Positions 1 to 8,355 of a stretch of DNA of 43,633 nucleotides are shown one piece after another; positions within the stretch are counted from its first letter, which is position 1, and each line of letters begins with the position of its first letter. The translations under genes were made by a program, and so were the position numbers. Source of the DNA: an uncultured bacterium. GTDB lineage: Bacteria > JAGOEH01. The notes beneath the pieces were generated by a model. The model was given only the letters and a program-made list of their open reading frames with translations. It searched no databases and was not told the DNA's origin. The stretch covers positions 208,249 through 251,881 of the forward strand of contig CAZWDO010000005.1 of assembly GCA_964632485.1 (NCBI GenBank). Direction: 5' to 3'.

Positions 1-1124
1 AAAACGGAACTCAAACCCATAGGCAGGACCGACAGCATATAATATTGGAAAGCGTAGGCGGTAGCCTCAGTCGCCACGGCATCGAAATTCCCCCGCTGGT
101 AAATAAATTGAATAATAGGATAACTGAAAACAATTGTAAAAACAGTGATGGGCATCATTAAAAAAAAATTATGTGAAATCGCCCGGGTGATGAATTTACG
201 AGCAGAATCCGCATCGTGTTTGTTTTTCATATTACTCAATTCGGTAGCAGTTATCCGGGAAATGGATAAGGAGAAAATTGCTACCGGCAAATGGACAATC
301 CGAAAAGAAAAATAAAGCCAGGTTACAGCGCCTTCAGTGACCAGTGTGGCAACGGCTTTATCGACCAATTCAACGGATTTATTAACCAGAGACATCAGGA
401 AAACCTGGCTGCCATTATTAAGAGTTGACCGATTGGCTTCGCGAGTCGATTCCGGGTCCGAATGGGACCCGAGCGGAATCTGAGATTGATAGTCACGTAA
501 ACAGCGCAAAGTCAGGGGGACCTGAATCAGCGCAAATAGAAGAGCTCCGAAAACATAAGCCAAAGTCAGCGAAACAATTCCTAAGTGACGGGCCAGCAAA
601 AAAAGGGCCAATACTGTACCCACATTCATCATGGCCGGAGCAAACGAATAAGTGAAATACTTCTTTTCAAATAAGAGGGTTGCGCCCATATAAGTTGCCA
701 GGGTAATAAAAAATATTTCGGGCATCAGCCACAGTGAAAGTGTATGCGCTAAAGCAAGCCCCGCAGAGGAAAATCCTGGAGCCATCAGATGCAACAACGG
801 TTTGAGCAAAAGAATTAACAGCAGGATAGAGACAATTGCGCCAATAATGACCCAACCGAATACCCGACGCCAATAAAGGAATGCGCTGGCAGGATTTTTC
901 CGCCAAAGATTCTTGAAAATTGGCATGACCGTACGTTCAAACATATCTTCACCCAGAACATTACGCAGTAAAGTCGGGATACTGAAGGCAAGTAAAAAAC
1001 TATCGGTCATCTGGCCGGCGCCGAAAAAATGGGCTACGGCTATTTCACGTACAAATCCGGTAATACGCGATATAAATGTTCCTGCCGTCAGATAGATCGT
1101 CTCTCTGAAATCGTTTAATCGCAT
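1..1124 (-). CDS. murJ: Lipid II flippase MurJ/MviN (3' end runs off the window)
   Basis: Not in the ORF track. Manual translation from ATG at 1124 gives MRLNDFRETIYLTAGTFISRITGFVREIAVAHFFGAGQMTDSFLLAFSIPTLLRNVLGE, the MurJ N-terminal SRxxGxxRE...D.F..AF.IP pattern, followed by hydrophobic helices. Confidence 0.9.
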   Translation of the reverse strand, partial: MRLNDFRETIYLTAGTFISRITGFVREIAVAHFFGAGQMTDSFLLAFSIPTLLRNVLGEDMFERTVMPIFKNLWRKNPASAFLYWRRVFGWVIIGAIVSILLLILLLKPLLHLMAPGFSSAGLALAHTLSLWLMPEIFFITLATYMGATLLFEKKYFTYSFAPAMMNVGTVLALFLLARHLGIVSLTLAYVFGALLFALIQVPLTLRCLRDYQSQIPLGSHSDPESTREANRSTLNNGSQVFLMSLVNKSVELVDKAVATLVTEGAVTWLYFSFRIVHLPVAIFSLSISRITATELSNMKNKHDADSARKFITRAISHNFFLMMPITVFTIVFSYPIIQFIYQRGNFDAVATEATAYAFQYYMLSVLPMGLSSV

Positions 1125-1756
1125 CCCTTTATCGCCCTTAGATAAGAAATTATCCGCTCCTGACGACGCCATATCATTTCATAATGGGTTGGAATCATAT
1201 AGTCCCATTGAGAATCTACGCCTGTACTGCTATCCGATAAATCTTCGATTTCCAGATCAAACGGCATTAAAGGAAAATCCGTCAAAGTTTCCCGGGCGAA
1301 TTTAAACAATGGCTGACTATCGGTCTTAAAATGGAAAACTCCCCCGTTAACTAATATCCGCTGGTATTCAACAAAAAACTGATGATGGACCAATCGTCGG
1401 TTAGCTTTGCTGGGTTTGGGAAACGGATCGGGAAATTGAACCCAGATTTCATGGATAGATTCCGATGGGATATGAGGAAAAAGGTCTTCAATTTTACAAT
1501 TGATAAAACGAATATTAGAAAGATTTAATTCTTGCGCAAGCCGGCAACCATTCCATAATCGCTCTTTTTTTTGGTCGAAACCCCAAAAAAACCGATTGGG
1601 ATAACGCTGGGCTAATAGTGTTAAAAACACACCGTTCCCCGTTCCCAATTCAATAACCTGGTAAGGATGATCAAGAAAAAAAAACTGGTCGAGATTAAAA
1701 ACAAGTTCGGGGAAGCTTAAAAATATCGAGTCTTTTCGAATTTGTTTTTTTCGCAA
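1115..1756 (-). CDS. trmB: tRNA (guanine-N7)-methyltransferase
   Basis: ELGTGNG SAM motif, FPDPFPK (FPDPW-like), FKTD and T.YE motifs of TrmB. TTG start uncertain. Confidence 0.9.
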   Translation of the reverse strand: MRKKQIRKDSIFLSFPELVFNLDQFFFLDHPYQVIELGTGNGVFLTLLAQRYPNRFFWGFDQKKERLWNGCRLAQELNLSNIRFINCKIEDLFPHIPSESIHEIWVQFPDPFPKPSKANRRLVHHQFFVEYQRILVNGGVFHFKTDSQPLFKFARETLTDFPLMPFDLEIEDLSDSSTGVDSQWDYMIPTHYEMIWRRQERIISYLRAIKGCD

Positions 1757-1815
1757 AACAAATCTCCCTGCGGTTAGAGGCTAATATTAATAAGATTTCA
1801 ACACCCGGCGTACAA

Positions 1816-3099
1816 TTAGTTTTGAATGAATACAATCATCTGCGAAGGCCGCAAATGATATTCAAAATGCTCCGGGATAAAATCAAGCCGGTATTCCGGG
1901 GAGATATCGACAATTAAACGGCGACGGCCAAAAATTTCAAAAAGATCGCTAAATTCAACATACTGATAATGTTGATAATCTTTATTGATAATAATCAGGG
2001 CCTGTTGCGATTCATTATCAGTTTTCTTTAACAGGATCATTACATTGGAATTTGGATTCTCAATCAACTCGACAGAATTGTCAAATTGAAAAACCGGATA
2101 TTCTTTAAAATGATTACAGTACTGGATGAATTGAGTGATATCACATGAGGTCTCTTCCCAATCATCCGGAGTTGTGAAACGCACATCTAATTTCTTTTTA
2201 AAACCATATTCAAACCCGACTGGCATTAAGAGGGCAGACGAAAAAACTGAAGAAAACGCATACCGCATCTTGACCCAATCGAGGTCTTGAGGGGCTTCGG
2301 CCATTAGACGCGGAGTATCGTGAGATTCGGCAAAAGAAACCGTCCGGGTGTATTTACGGAACAATTCATATTGATCGAGACACCAGTAGTCAGAAAAATT
2401 CCAATATTTTGAACTATTAAAAACAAAATCGAATCCGGATTTGGCCGTTTCTACGGTTTCATCCGGGGTGCAACCCAGGGTTTCGGCCACAAACAGGGTA
2501 TCTGGATAGCGTTCCTTAACCCGGTCGAAAAGATGGGACCAGAGTTGAGCAGGGACCTGGTAGGCTGCATCCGCGCGAAAAGCTGTAAACCCGAGGGCGC
2601 AATAATTGAGAACCAATTCACACCAATATTGCCATAGCTGAGTTCTGTCGGAAGACAATTCATTATCGATTTCAATGAGATCGCCCCATACAACCCTTTT
2701 TTGGGCGATATCGTCCCAAGCCCCGGGGCTTACCCACTCTCCCTCACTATCTTTTTTAATCCAAGCCGAATATTTCTCTACCAAAACAGAATCACGGGCA
2801 ACATGATTGATAACCAGATCCATCATCATTTCAAGTCCCATATCTTTTGCGCGGCGAACAACTTGTCTCAATTGCTCCCAGCCGTCCTCATCTGATTCCG
2901 GGTCGAGAAACAATGGATTTATCGTATAAAAATCCTTAATGGCATAAAGACTGCCACTGAAACCGGGATATTGCACAGGATTGATAAAAATATGAGTAAA
3001 ACCCAAATCTTTCGCTCGGCGGAAATGAGTGTCCCATTGGGGAAAAGGCCCCACTAAACGGGGAAATAGGTTATAAATGAGTAATTTGGGGCTGGACAT
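1816..3099 (-). CDS. GH13 alpha-amylase family glycoside hydrolase
   Basis: DLVINH, FRADAA (nucleophile D), VAET (acid/base E) and SHDTPR conserved regions. Confidence 0.85.
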   Translation of the reverse strand: MSSPKLLIYNLFPRLVGPFPQWDTHFRRAKDLGFTHIFINPVQYPGFSGSLYAIKDFYTINPLFLDPESDEDGWEQLRQVVRRAKDMGLEMMMDLVINHVARDSVLVEKYSAWIKKDSEGEWVSPGAWDDIAQKRVVWGDLIEIDNELSSDRTQLWQYWCELVLNYCALGFTAFRADAAYQVPAQLWSHLFDRVKERYPDTLFVAETLGCTPDETVETAKSGFDFVFNSSKYWNFSDYWCLDQYELFRKYTRTVSFAESHDTPRLMAEAPQDLDWVKMRYAFSSVFSSALLMPVGFEYGFKKKLDVRFTTPDDWEETSCDITQFIQYCNHFKEYPVFQFDNSVELIENPNSNVMILLKKTDNESQQALIIINKDYQHYQYVEFSDLFEIFGRRRLIVDISPEYRLDFIPEHFEYHLRPSQMIVFIQN

Positions 3100-3976
3100 A
3101 GGGTATCCCCTTTCGGGAGAGTTGACAAAAAGCTTTTTGTTTAATGACTTCGCTCACTGAACGGGGATAAATTCCAGAAAGTTCACGAGCTTTTGTGGAA
3201 TCAAGTGTGCAGTCAGTGGGACGGACCAGATTGGATTGTTTAGAACTGACCGGTTTTAATAAAGCGGTTTTCTGGGGGTTAAAAATCTGGCTAAGCAACC
3301 AGGTGTATTCAAAACGGGAATATGGCATGGAACCTCCAAAATGGTAAATACCCGATTGGAAATGATCAATCAGCCATGCTACAAATCCGCTGAGATCATC
3401 AATATATACAGGGCTCCGCATTTCGTCATTAAAGAGTTCCACCGGTAAATTCTCCTGCAATCGAGTAAAAGCAAAAAGATAATTCGGCGGGATATGGTTA
3501 AGACAATAAAGCAAGGAAGTACGAATTATAGCGGCCTGTTCCCAGGTTTGAACGATTCTCTCCGCTTCCAGTTTATTGCGACCATAATCCATGATAGGTT
3601 CCACCACATCTTCTTCACTATACAATCCGTTTTCGCCGGAAAAAATCAGATCAGATGACAGATAAATCAAAGGAATTCCAAAGCGCCGGGCATATTGAAC
3701 AACATTGGCCGTCCCTCCCACAATCACATTATCCAGATTATCCTTGTGATATGCTGTGTGTACAATACAATCAAAATGATAGGGAGCCAGGACGTTTTCC
3801 AACGGAGCGTCCTGAACTACATCCAGAGGGAAGAAAACAATCTTATTGCTGGATTGTGGATTTTTTAAATAAGTTGCGTAAACATGATGTGAACAAACCT
3901 TTTTCAGATAATACGAAAGATGGTACCCTAAAAATCCGCTACCACCAGTAATTAGAATCGTTTTCGAGGGATAAAT
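3071..3976 (-). CDS. RmlD-like (dTDP-4-dehydrorhamnose reductase family) extended SDR
   Basis: YLSSD, YGRNK (YxxxK) and SPVY motifs. The frame stays open for 58 codons upstream of the track's TTG (3802) and includes ILITGGSGFLG. AAGGAGG lies 5 nt before ATT at 3976. Confidence 0.8.
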   Translation of the reverse strand: MYPSKTILITGGSGFLGYHLSYYLKKVCSHHVYATYLKNPQSSNKIVFFPLDVVQDAPLENVLAPYHFDCIVHTAYHKDNLDNVIVGGTANVVQYARRFGIPLIYLSSDLIFSGENGLYSEEDVVEPIMDYGRNKLEAERIVQTWEQAAIIRTSLLYCLNHIPPNYLFAFTRLQENLPVELFNDEMRSPVYIDDLSGFVAWLIDHFQSGIYHFGGSMPYSRFEYTWLLSQIFNPQKTALLKPVSSKQSNLVRPTDCTLDSTKARELSGIYPRSVSEVIKQKAFCQLSRKGIPYVQPQITHL

Positions 3977-3990
3977 AATGACCTCCTTGT

Positions 3991-5277
3991 TTAGCCTTGA
4001 CCGGCATAAAAGATAGATTTCAATCGATCGTCCAGATAATCAGTACAACGAATCATGACATCTTCATTTTCCACTAAGGAAATATCGATAGGTTCACGTA
4101 ATCGTTTTCCATCGGCATTATAAAGTAAACGAATCCGGGGACGTTCGATGGATGGAAACTGGTTCTCCAGAACAATTCCCTGGGCTTTAAACAATGGGTG
4201 AGATAAAGGATGGTAAATCTCAATGTTTTCACCCGCTGGATAGGACGGATAAAACCTTAGGACTTCCTTAACAATTTCATAGTTCAATTGTTTTTTTTCA
4301 GGGGAAATCGCATATTGCAGATTTCGCACCGCAATATCATGAGGCAAGCGATGCCGATACGTGCGATTGGACGACATTGCATCCATTGTATCGGCAACAG
4401 CAGTGATCTCTGCGATTAACAAAATGTACCCCAACGGCGTATAGCGAGGCCGGTGAATACGGTTGAATCCCATCAGACCCTGTGGATACCCCTGGCCGTC
4501 CTGGCGCTCATGATGTTGAAAAGCTACATGGGCGCTCATGTGACTGAATCCCTGGGCGCGAATCAGTTCATATCCAATCGATGGATGAGCATGAATATAT
4601 TTCATGTGACTCTCCGGAAGTTTTCCCGGATAATTTAAAATCTCTTTTGGTATAAACCGTTTCCCTACATCATGCAATAAACACCCGATAATTACATCTT
4701 CAAGTGTAGCTTTAGTAACCCAGTTAATCAGTCGGGAAATCCAAATGGCAAAAATAGCAACATCAATGGAATGACGAAATGTGTAATCATCATGAGTCTG
4801 GATTAAATAGAGATTCGGAATGATCTCTTTTTTCTGTTTAAGCACTGAATCGAACAGTTGTTGGGCCATAGAGCGAAATAATTTCCGGTCAAACTCTATT
4901 TTATCAATTATTGCAGTATATTTTTTATCCTCCACAAGCGATTCTGCCACATAATCCAGGGATTGAGTATGAAACTGTTCTAAAATTTTCTGGTCAATCA
5001 GTTTCATTTCCCGGGAGAGATTATTCATTAACTTCAACCGCACTCGGGAGGGTACCAATTCTTCCGCTTCTTTTACATCCTCAGTCCCGGGTTCTTCAAC
5101 ATATAGCTCAAAAATCTGCCGTTCATGCAAACGGTGAATAATCGCTTCCGTCAACCGAATCCCGCGAGCGACCAATAATTCAGGAATGATTTCATTATCA
5201 TTATTGCGGGAATAACTGTAGATATTTTTCCCGCAGATATCGCCCGCGTGGATTTGTTCGATCGTTTTTTTTCGCAT
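3991..5277 (-). CDS. HD-GYP domain cyclic-dinucleotide phosphodiesterase
   Basis: HDVGK, HHERQDGQGYP and ADTMDAM motifs. Start set at MRKKT (5277) because the Trm112 gene occupies 5288-5452. Confidence 0.85.
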   Translation of the reverse strand: MRKKTIEQIHAGDICGKNIYSYSRNNDNEIIPELLVARGIRLTEAIIHRLHERQIFELYVEEPGTEDVKEAEELVPSRVRLKLMNNLSREMKLIDQKILEQFHTQSLDYVAESLVEDKKYTAIIDKIEFDRKLFRSMAQQLFDSVLKQKKEIIPNLYLIQTHDDYTFRHSIDVAIFAIWISRLINWVTKATLEDVIIGCLLHDVGKRFIPKEILNYPGKLPESHMKYIHAHPSIGYELIRAQGFSHMSAHVAFQHHERQDGQGYPQGLMGFNRIHRPRYTPLGYILLIAEITAVADTMDAMSSNRTYRHRLPHDIAVRNLQYAISPEKKQLNYEIVKEVLRFYPSYPAGENIEIYHPLSHPLFKAQGIVLENQFPSIERPRIRLLYNADGKRLREPIDISLVENEDVMIRCTDYLDDRLKSIFYAGQG

Positions 5278-5287
5278 ATTAGAAAAA

Positions 5288-5452
5288 CTAGAAGGGTTTA
5301 GCCTCATCAATCAACATGATTGGAATATCGTCTTTGATCTCGTAAATCAAGCGACACTGATGACAAATGAGTTGCTGCTCTTCATCTTTGTATTCCAAAT
5401 CACCTTTGCATTTAGGACACGCTAAAATTTCCAGTAATTTCGGATCCAGCAT
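5288..5452 (-). CDS. Trm112/YcaR (UPF0434) family small protein, 54 aa
   Basis: Below the track cutoff: MLDPKLLEILACPKCKGDLEYKDEEQQLICHQCRLIYEIKDDIPIMLIDEAKPF, preceded by an AAAGGAG RBS. Confidence 0.92.
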   Translation of the reverse strand: MLDPKLLEILACPKCKGDLEYKDEEQQLICHQCRLIYEIKDDIPIMLIDEAKPF

Positions 5453-5479
5453 ATCTGCTCCTTTCAAATAAGGTTAACA

Positions 5480-7591
5480 CTACCTGTAACGTCTTGCGCA
5501 AGAACGCATGACAATTTCCAAATCCATAATCAAATTCATATTACTATAATAGTAATGGTAAAGGAACCGTTTTTCATCAAGCGGCAGGGATGCAAGAGAA
5601 GACAGCCGCGCAATACTAAAAATACCTGGTTTAATTTGCAAATACGAAAAGGATTCCAAATCGGACCAGGCGATTCCTACCACACTAAACCGTCCGGTTA
5701 TCAAAAAATAGCTGCTAATCCAGTAATAACCTAATTTAGCGAAAAAGCGGATTGGGCGTTTTCCGGCAGGTACTCTCACCCTGTGATTGGTATTATAACC
5801 CAAAACATCTATATTGTCAAGTTGATAATGTGATTTCATAAAAAAGTATAAAAAAAGCGGCCAACCCAAAATCAACCATAAGAACCCAATACTAAAATCA
5901 AAAAGCTGTTTTGTGAACAGATGGAAACGAATTAACGGGGATTCCCTGGGAATCGACGTGTCTTCATCTGAACCCAGATAGAGGGGGGAAGAATGACCCC
6001 AAAACTTTCGTTCCCGCGTATCAATGATCTTAAGTTCTATTCCCTTAAGGCGCAGGGAATGAGTAATATAAATCAGATCGTCATAAGGAATCAATTCGGG
6101 CGCTGTAATTAGTTCCTGAACATTATAGCGATCAACCCAGAACAATAATTGCCGCCAATCCCCGACAACCGGCACCTGTTCAATCATACAGCCAATATCC
6201 ATTTGCGATTGAGAAAGAATTCCCAGCAATTCATATTCAAAAAAAGAGCTTTGGCGCAATTGACGGACAATCGGGCCGGCTCCCTCCTTGGAACCAATCA
6301 GCAGGGTTCGTCGTTTAGATAAATAACCCAGGCGCAATGGGCGCTTCCATCCATAAACCAACCGCCAGGAGATGAGATAAAGAGCTGTAAGAACCATAAA
6401 AAGTAGCAATACAACCCTGGAAAAAGCGATAAATTTAATAAAAAATGAAAGGATAATCAATACTAACATCATGAAAAAAGTCGCGGCAGTCAGCCGGGGG
6501 AGGAAAAACCGTTGATTGGATTGATAGATGCCCGCTAAACGAAACACGAATGTGAACACCGCTAAATAAAGGGTTAAAATAAACAGGTAGGACCAGTAAT
6601 TATCAAAGGGGGGTAGGACATGCCACTCCCGGTAGCGAAAGAGGATCGCGCTGATATATGCCAGGGAAATGGAGGCGCTATCAATCAACCAGACAAAGTG
6701 GCGGCTAAAAAAACTCAATCCGAGAGACAGCATGGCGTTGATGAGAATACTCACATAGATAACCGGTTTGAACCAACGCAACCAATGGGAATGATGATGT
6801 TTACCCACAAAAATAACCATGGAGCGGTAAAAATCGATTTTCGATTTCCACCAGCGTGATTTGGATGATTCTCCTTTAAAATGAATGATCTGGCTGGTTG
6901 GGACATAATAGATTTCACTCACTTGCTTAATTCGGTAGCAAAGGTCCAGGTCCTCGCCATACATAAAAAAGGCTTCGTCAAAGAATCCCACCTGTTCCAG
7001 GGTCGAATGACGAATGAACATAAACGAGCCGGAAAGCGCATCGACCGGATGTGTCTCATTTTCATCATGCCAGGTCATGTTATAGGAAGAAAAAAATCGG
7101 TTGTTCGGAAACAGCAAACTCAAGCCGATAATGCGGAAAAAGGCGTTCAGAGGACTGGGAAACCCGCGGCGGCACGCAAGTTGCAAGGTACCGTCCGGAT
7201 TCAACACTTTGCATCCGACAGCGCCGGATTGGGGATTTTGATCCATAAAAGCTTTCATCAATCCCAGCGTTTTTTCTTCAACAATCGTATCGGGGTTGAT
7301 CAGCAGAATATATTCTCCCCGGGCATGGGCCAGCGCCTGGTTATTCGCCTTACCGAACCCAAGGTTTTTGTCATTTTCAATAAAACATACAGAATCAGCG
7401 AACTTTTCTCTGATAAATTGAGGGGTCCCGTCTGAAGAACAATTATCAACCACAAAAATTTCCCATTTCATACCCTCCAGGGCATTGAGAAGGGAATATA
7501 AAAGATGCTCTAAATACGTTTTTACATTATAACTGACAATAATAACCGAAATATCAAACGGGTACCGGGCATTCAAGAGTATTTCTTCCAC
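5480..7591 (-). CDS. GT2 glycosyltransferase fused to TM helices, a CoA-binding-like Rossmann domain and a degenerate sugar-transferase-like C-terminus
   Basis: IIVSYN, VVDNCSSDG, GFGKANN, INPD and YGEDLD motifs, then hydrophobic segments, RRTLLIG and a KPGIFS..L-type C-terminal region. Confidence 0.8.
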   Translation of the reverse strand: MEEILLNARYPFDISVIIVSYNVKTYLEHLLYSLLNALEGMKWEIFVVDNCSSDGTPQFIREKFADSVCFIENDKNLGFGKANNQALAHARGEYILLINPDTIVEEKTLGLMKAFMDQNPQSGAVGCKVLNPDGTLQLACRRGFPSPLNAFFRIIGLSLLFPNNRFFSSYNMTWHDENETHPVDALSGSFMFIRHSTLEQVGFFDEAFFMYGEDLDLCYRIKQVSEIYYVPTSQIIHFKGESSKSRWWKSKIDFYRSMVIFVGKHHHSHWLRWFKPVIYVSILINAMLSLGLSFFSRHFVWLIDSASISLAYISAILFRYREWHVLPPFDNYWSYLFILTLYLAVFTFVFRLAGIYQSNQRFFLPRLTAATFFMMLVLIILSFFIKFIAFSRVVLLLFMVLTALYLISWRLVYGWKRPLRLGYLSKRRTLLIGSKEGAGPIVRQLRQSSFFEYELLGILSQSQMDIGCMIEQVPVVGDWRQLLFWVDRYNVQELITAPELIPYDDLIYITHSLRLKGIELKIIDTRERKFWGHSSPLYLGSDEDTSIPRESPLIRFHLFTKQLFDFSIGFLWLILGWPLFLYFFMKSHYQLDNIDVLGYNTNHRVRVPAGKRPIRFFAKLGYYWISSYFLITGRFSVVGIAWSDLESFSYLQIKPGIFSIARLSSLASLPLDEKRFLYHYYYSNMNLIMDLEIVMRSCARRYR

Positions 7592-7599
7592 GTATAGGA

Positions 7600-8355
7600 T
7601 CAGTTACGGGAAAACCAGCCGGTTAAACCGAGCCAACGTAGTCGCCACACCAGCCAGATTGCTTCCCAGATAATTTTTTTTGACATTTTAGATTGCCCTA
7701 TTAACCGATCAGTGAAAATAATAGGTATCTCCCGGATACGAAACCCTTTTTTCCAGGCATAAAAATTCATTTCGATCTGAAATGAATATCCATCGGAACG
7801 AATTTTTTTCAAATTCAGAGCTTCTAACACCCGTCGATGAAAACATTTAAATCCCCCGGTAGTATCATAGACGGGAATTCCAGTGATCAAACGGGTATAA
7901 ACACTGGCAAAATAACTGAGCAGCAGACGTTTTAAGGGCCAGTTCACAACATTGATCACTCCATTAACATAACGGGATCCAAGAGCGAGATCGACATCAC
8001 CGGCAAGTACCGGGCGGATCAAATCTGGAATATAATCGGGATTGTGAGAAAAATCACAATCCATTTCCATGAACAATTTGCATTGAGTATTTGCCAGGCC
8101 CCAGGCAAAACCTGCCAGATAAGCCGATCCCAATCCCAATTTACCCTGACGATGCATCACTTCAATTTGAGGATGATCCTTGGCCAACTGATCGGCAATC
8201 TCTCCGGTACCATCCGGGGAATTATCATCTACAATCAATATCCGTAGCGGATAATCCAGAGCCAACAATCTTTCCACCATTTGATTTAAATTCTCACGTT
8301 CATTATATGTAGGCAGCACAATTAAAATATCAGCCATTGTCATTCCTTTTTTCAA
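7600..8355 (-). CDS. Polyprenol-phosphate mannose synthase-like GT2 (Ppm1/DPM1 family)
   Basis: PTYNEREN, VDDNSPDGTG, KLGLGSAY, MDCDFSH, GSRY, D.TGGFK and GYSFQIE motifs. Confidence 0.88.
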   Translation of the reverse strand: MKKGMTMADILIVLPTYNERENLNQMVERLLALDYPLRILIVDDNSPDGTGEIADQLAKDHPQIEVMHRQGKLGLGSAYLAGFAWGLANTQCKLFMEMDCDFSHNPDYIPDLIRPVLAGDVDLALGSRYVNGVINVVNWPLKRLLLSYFASVYTRLITGIPVYDTTGGFKCFHRRVLEALNLKKIRSDGYSFQIEMNFYAWKKGFRIREIPIIFTDRLIGQSKMSKKIIWEAIWLVWRLRWLGLTGWFSRN

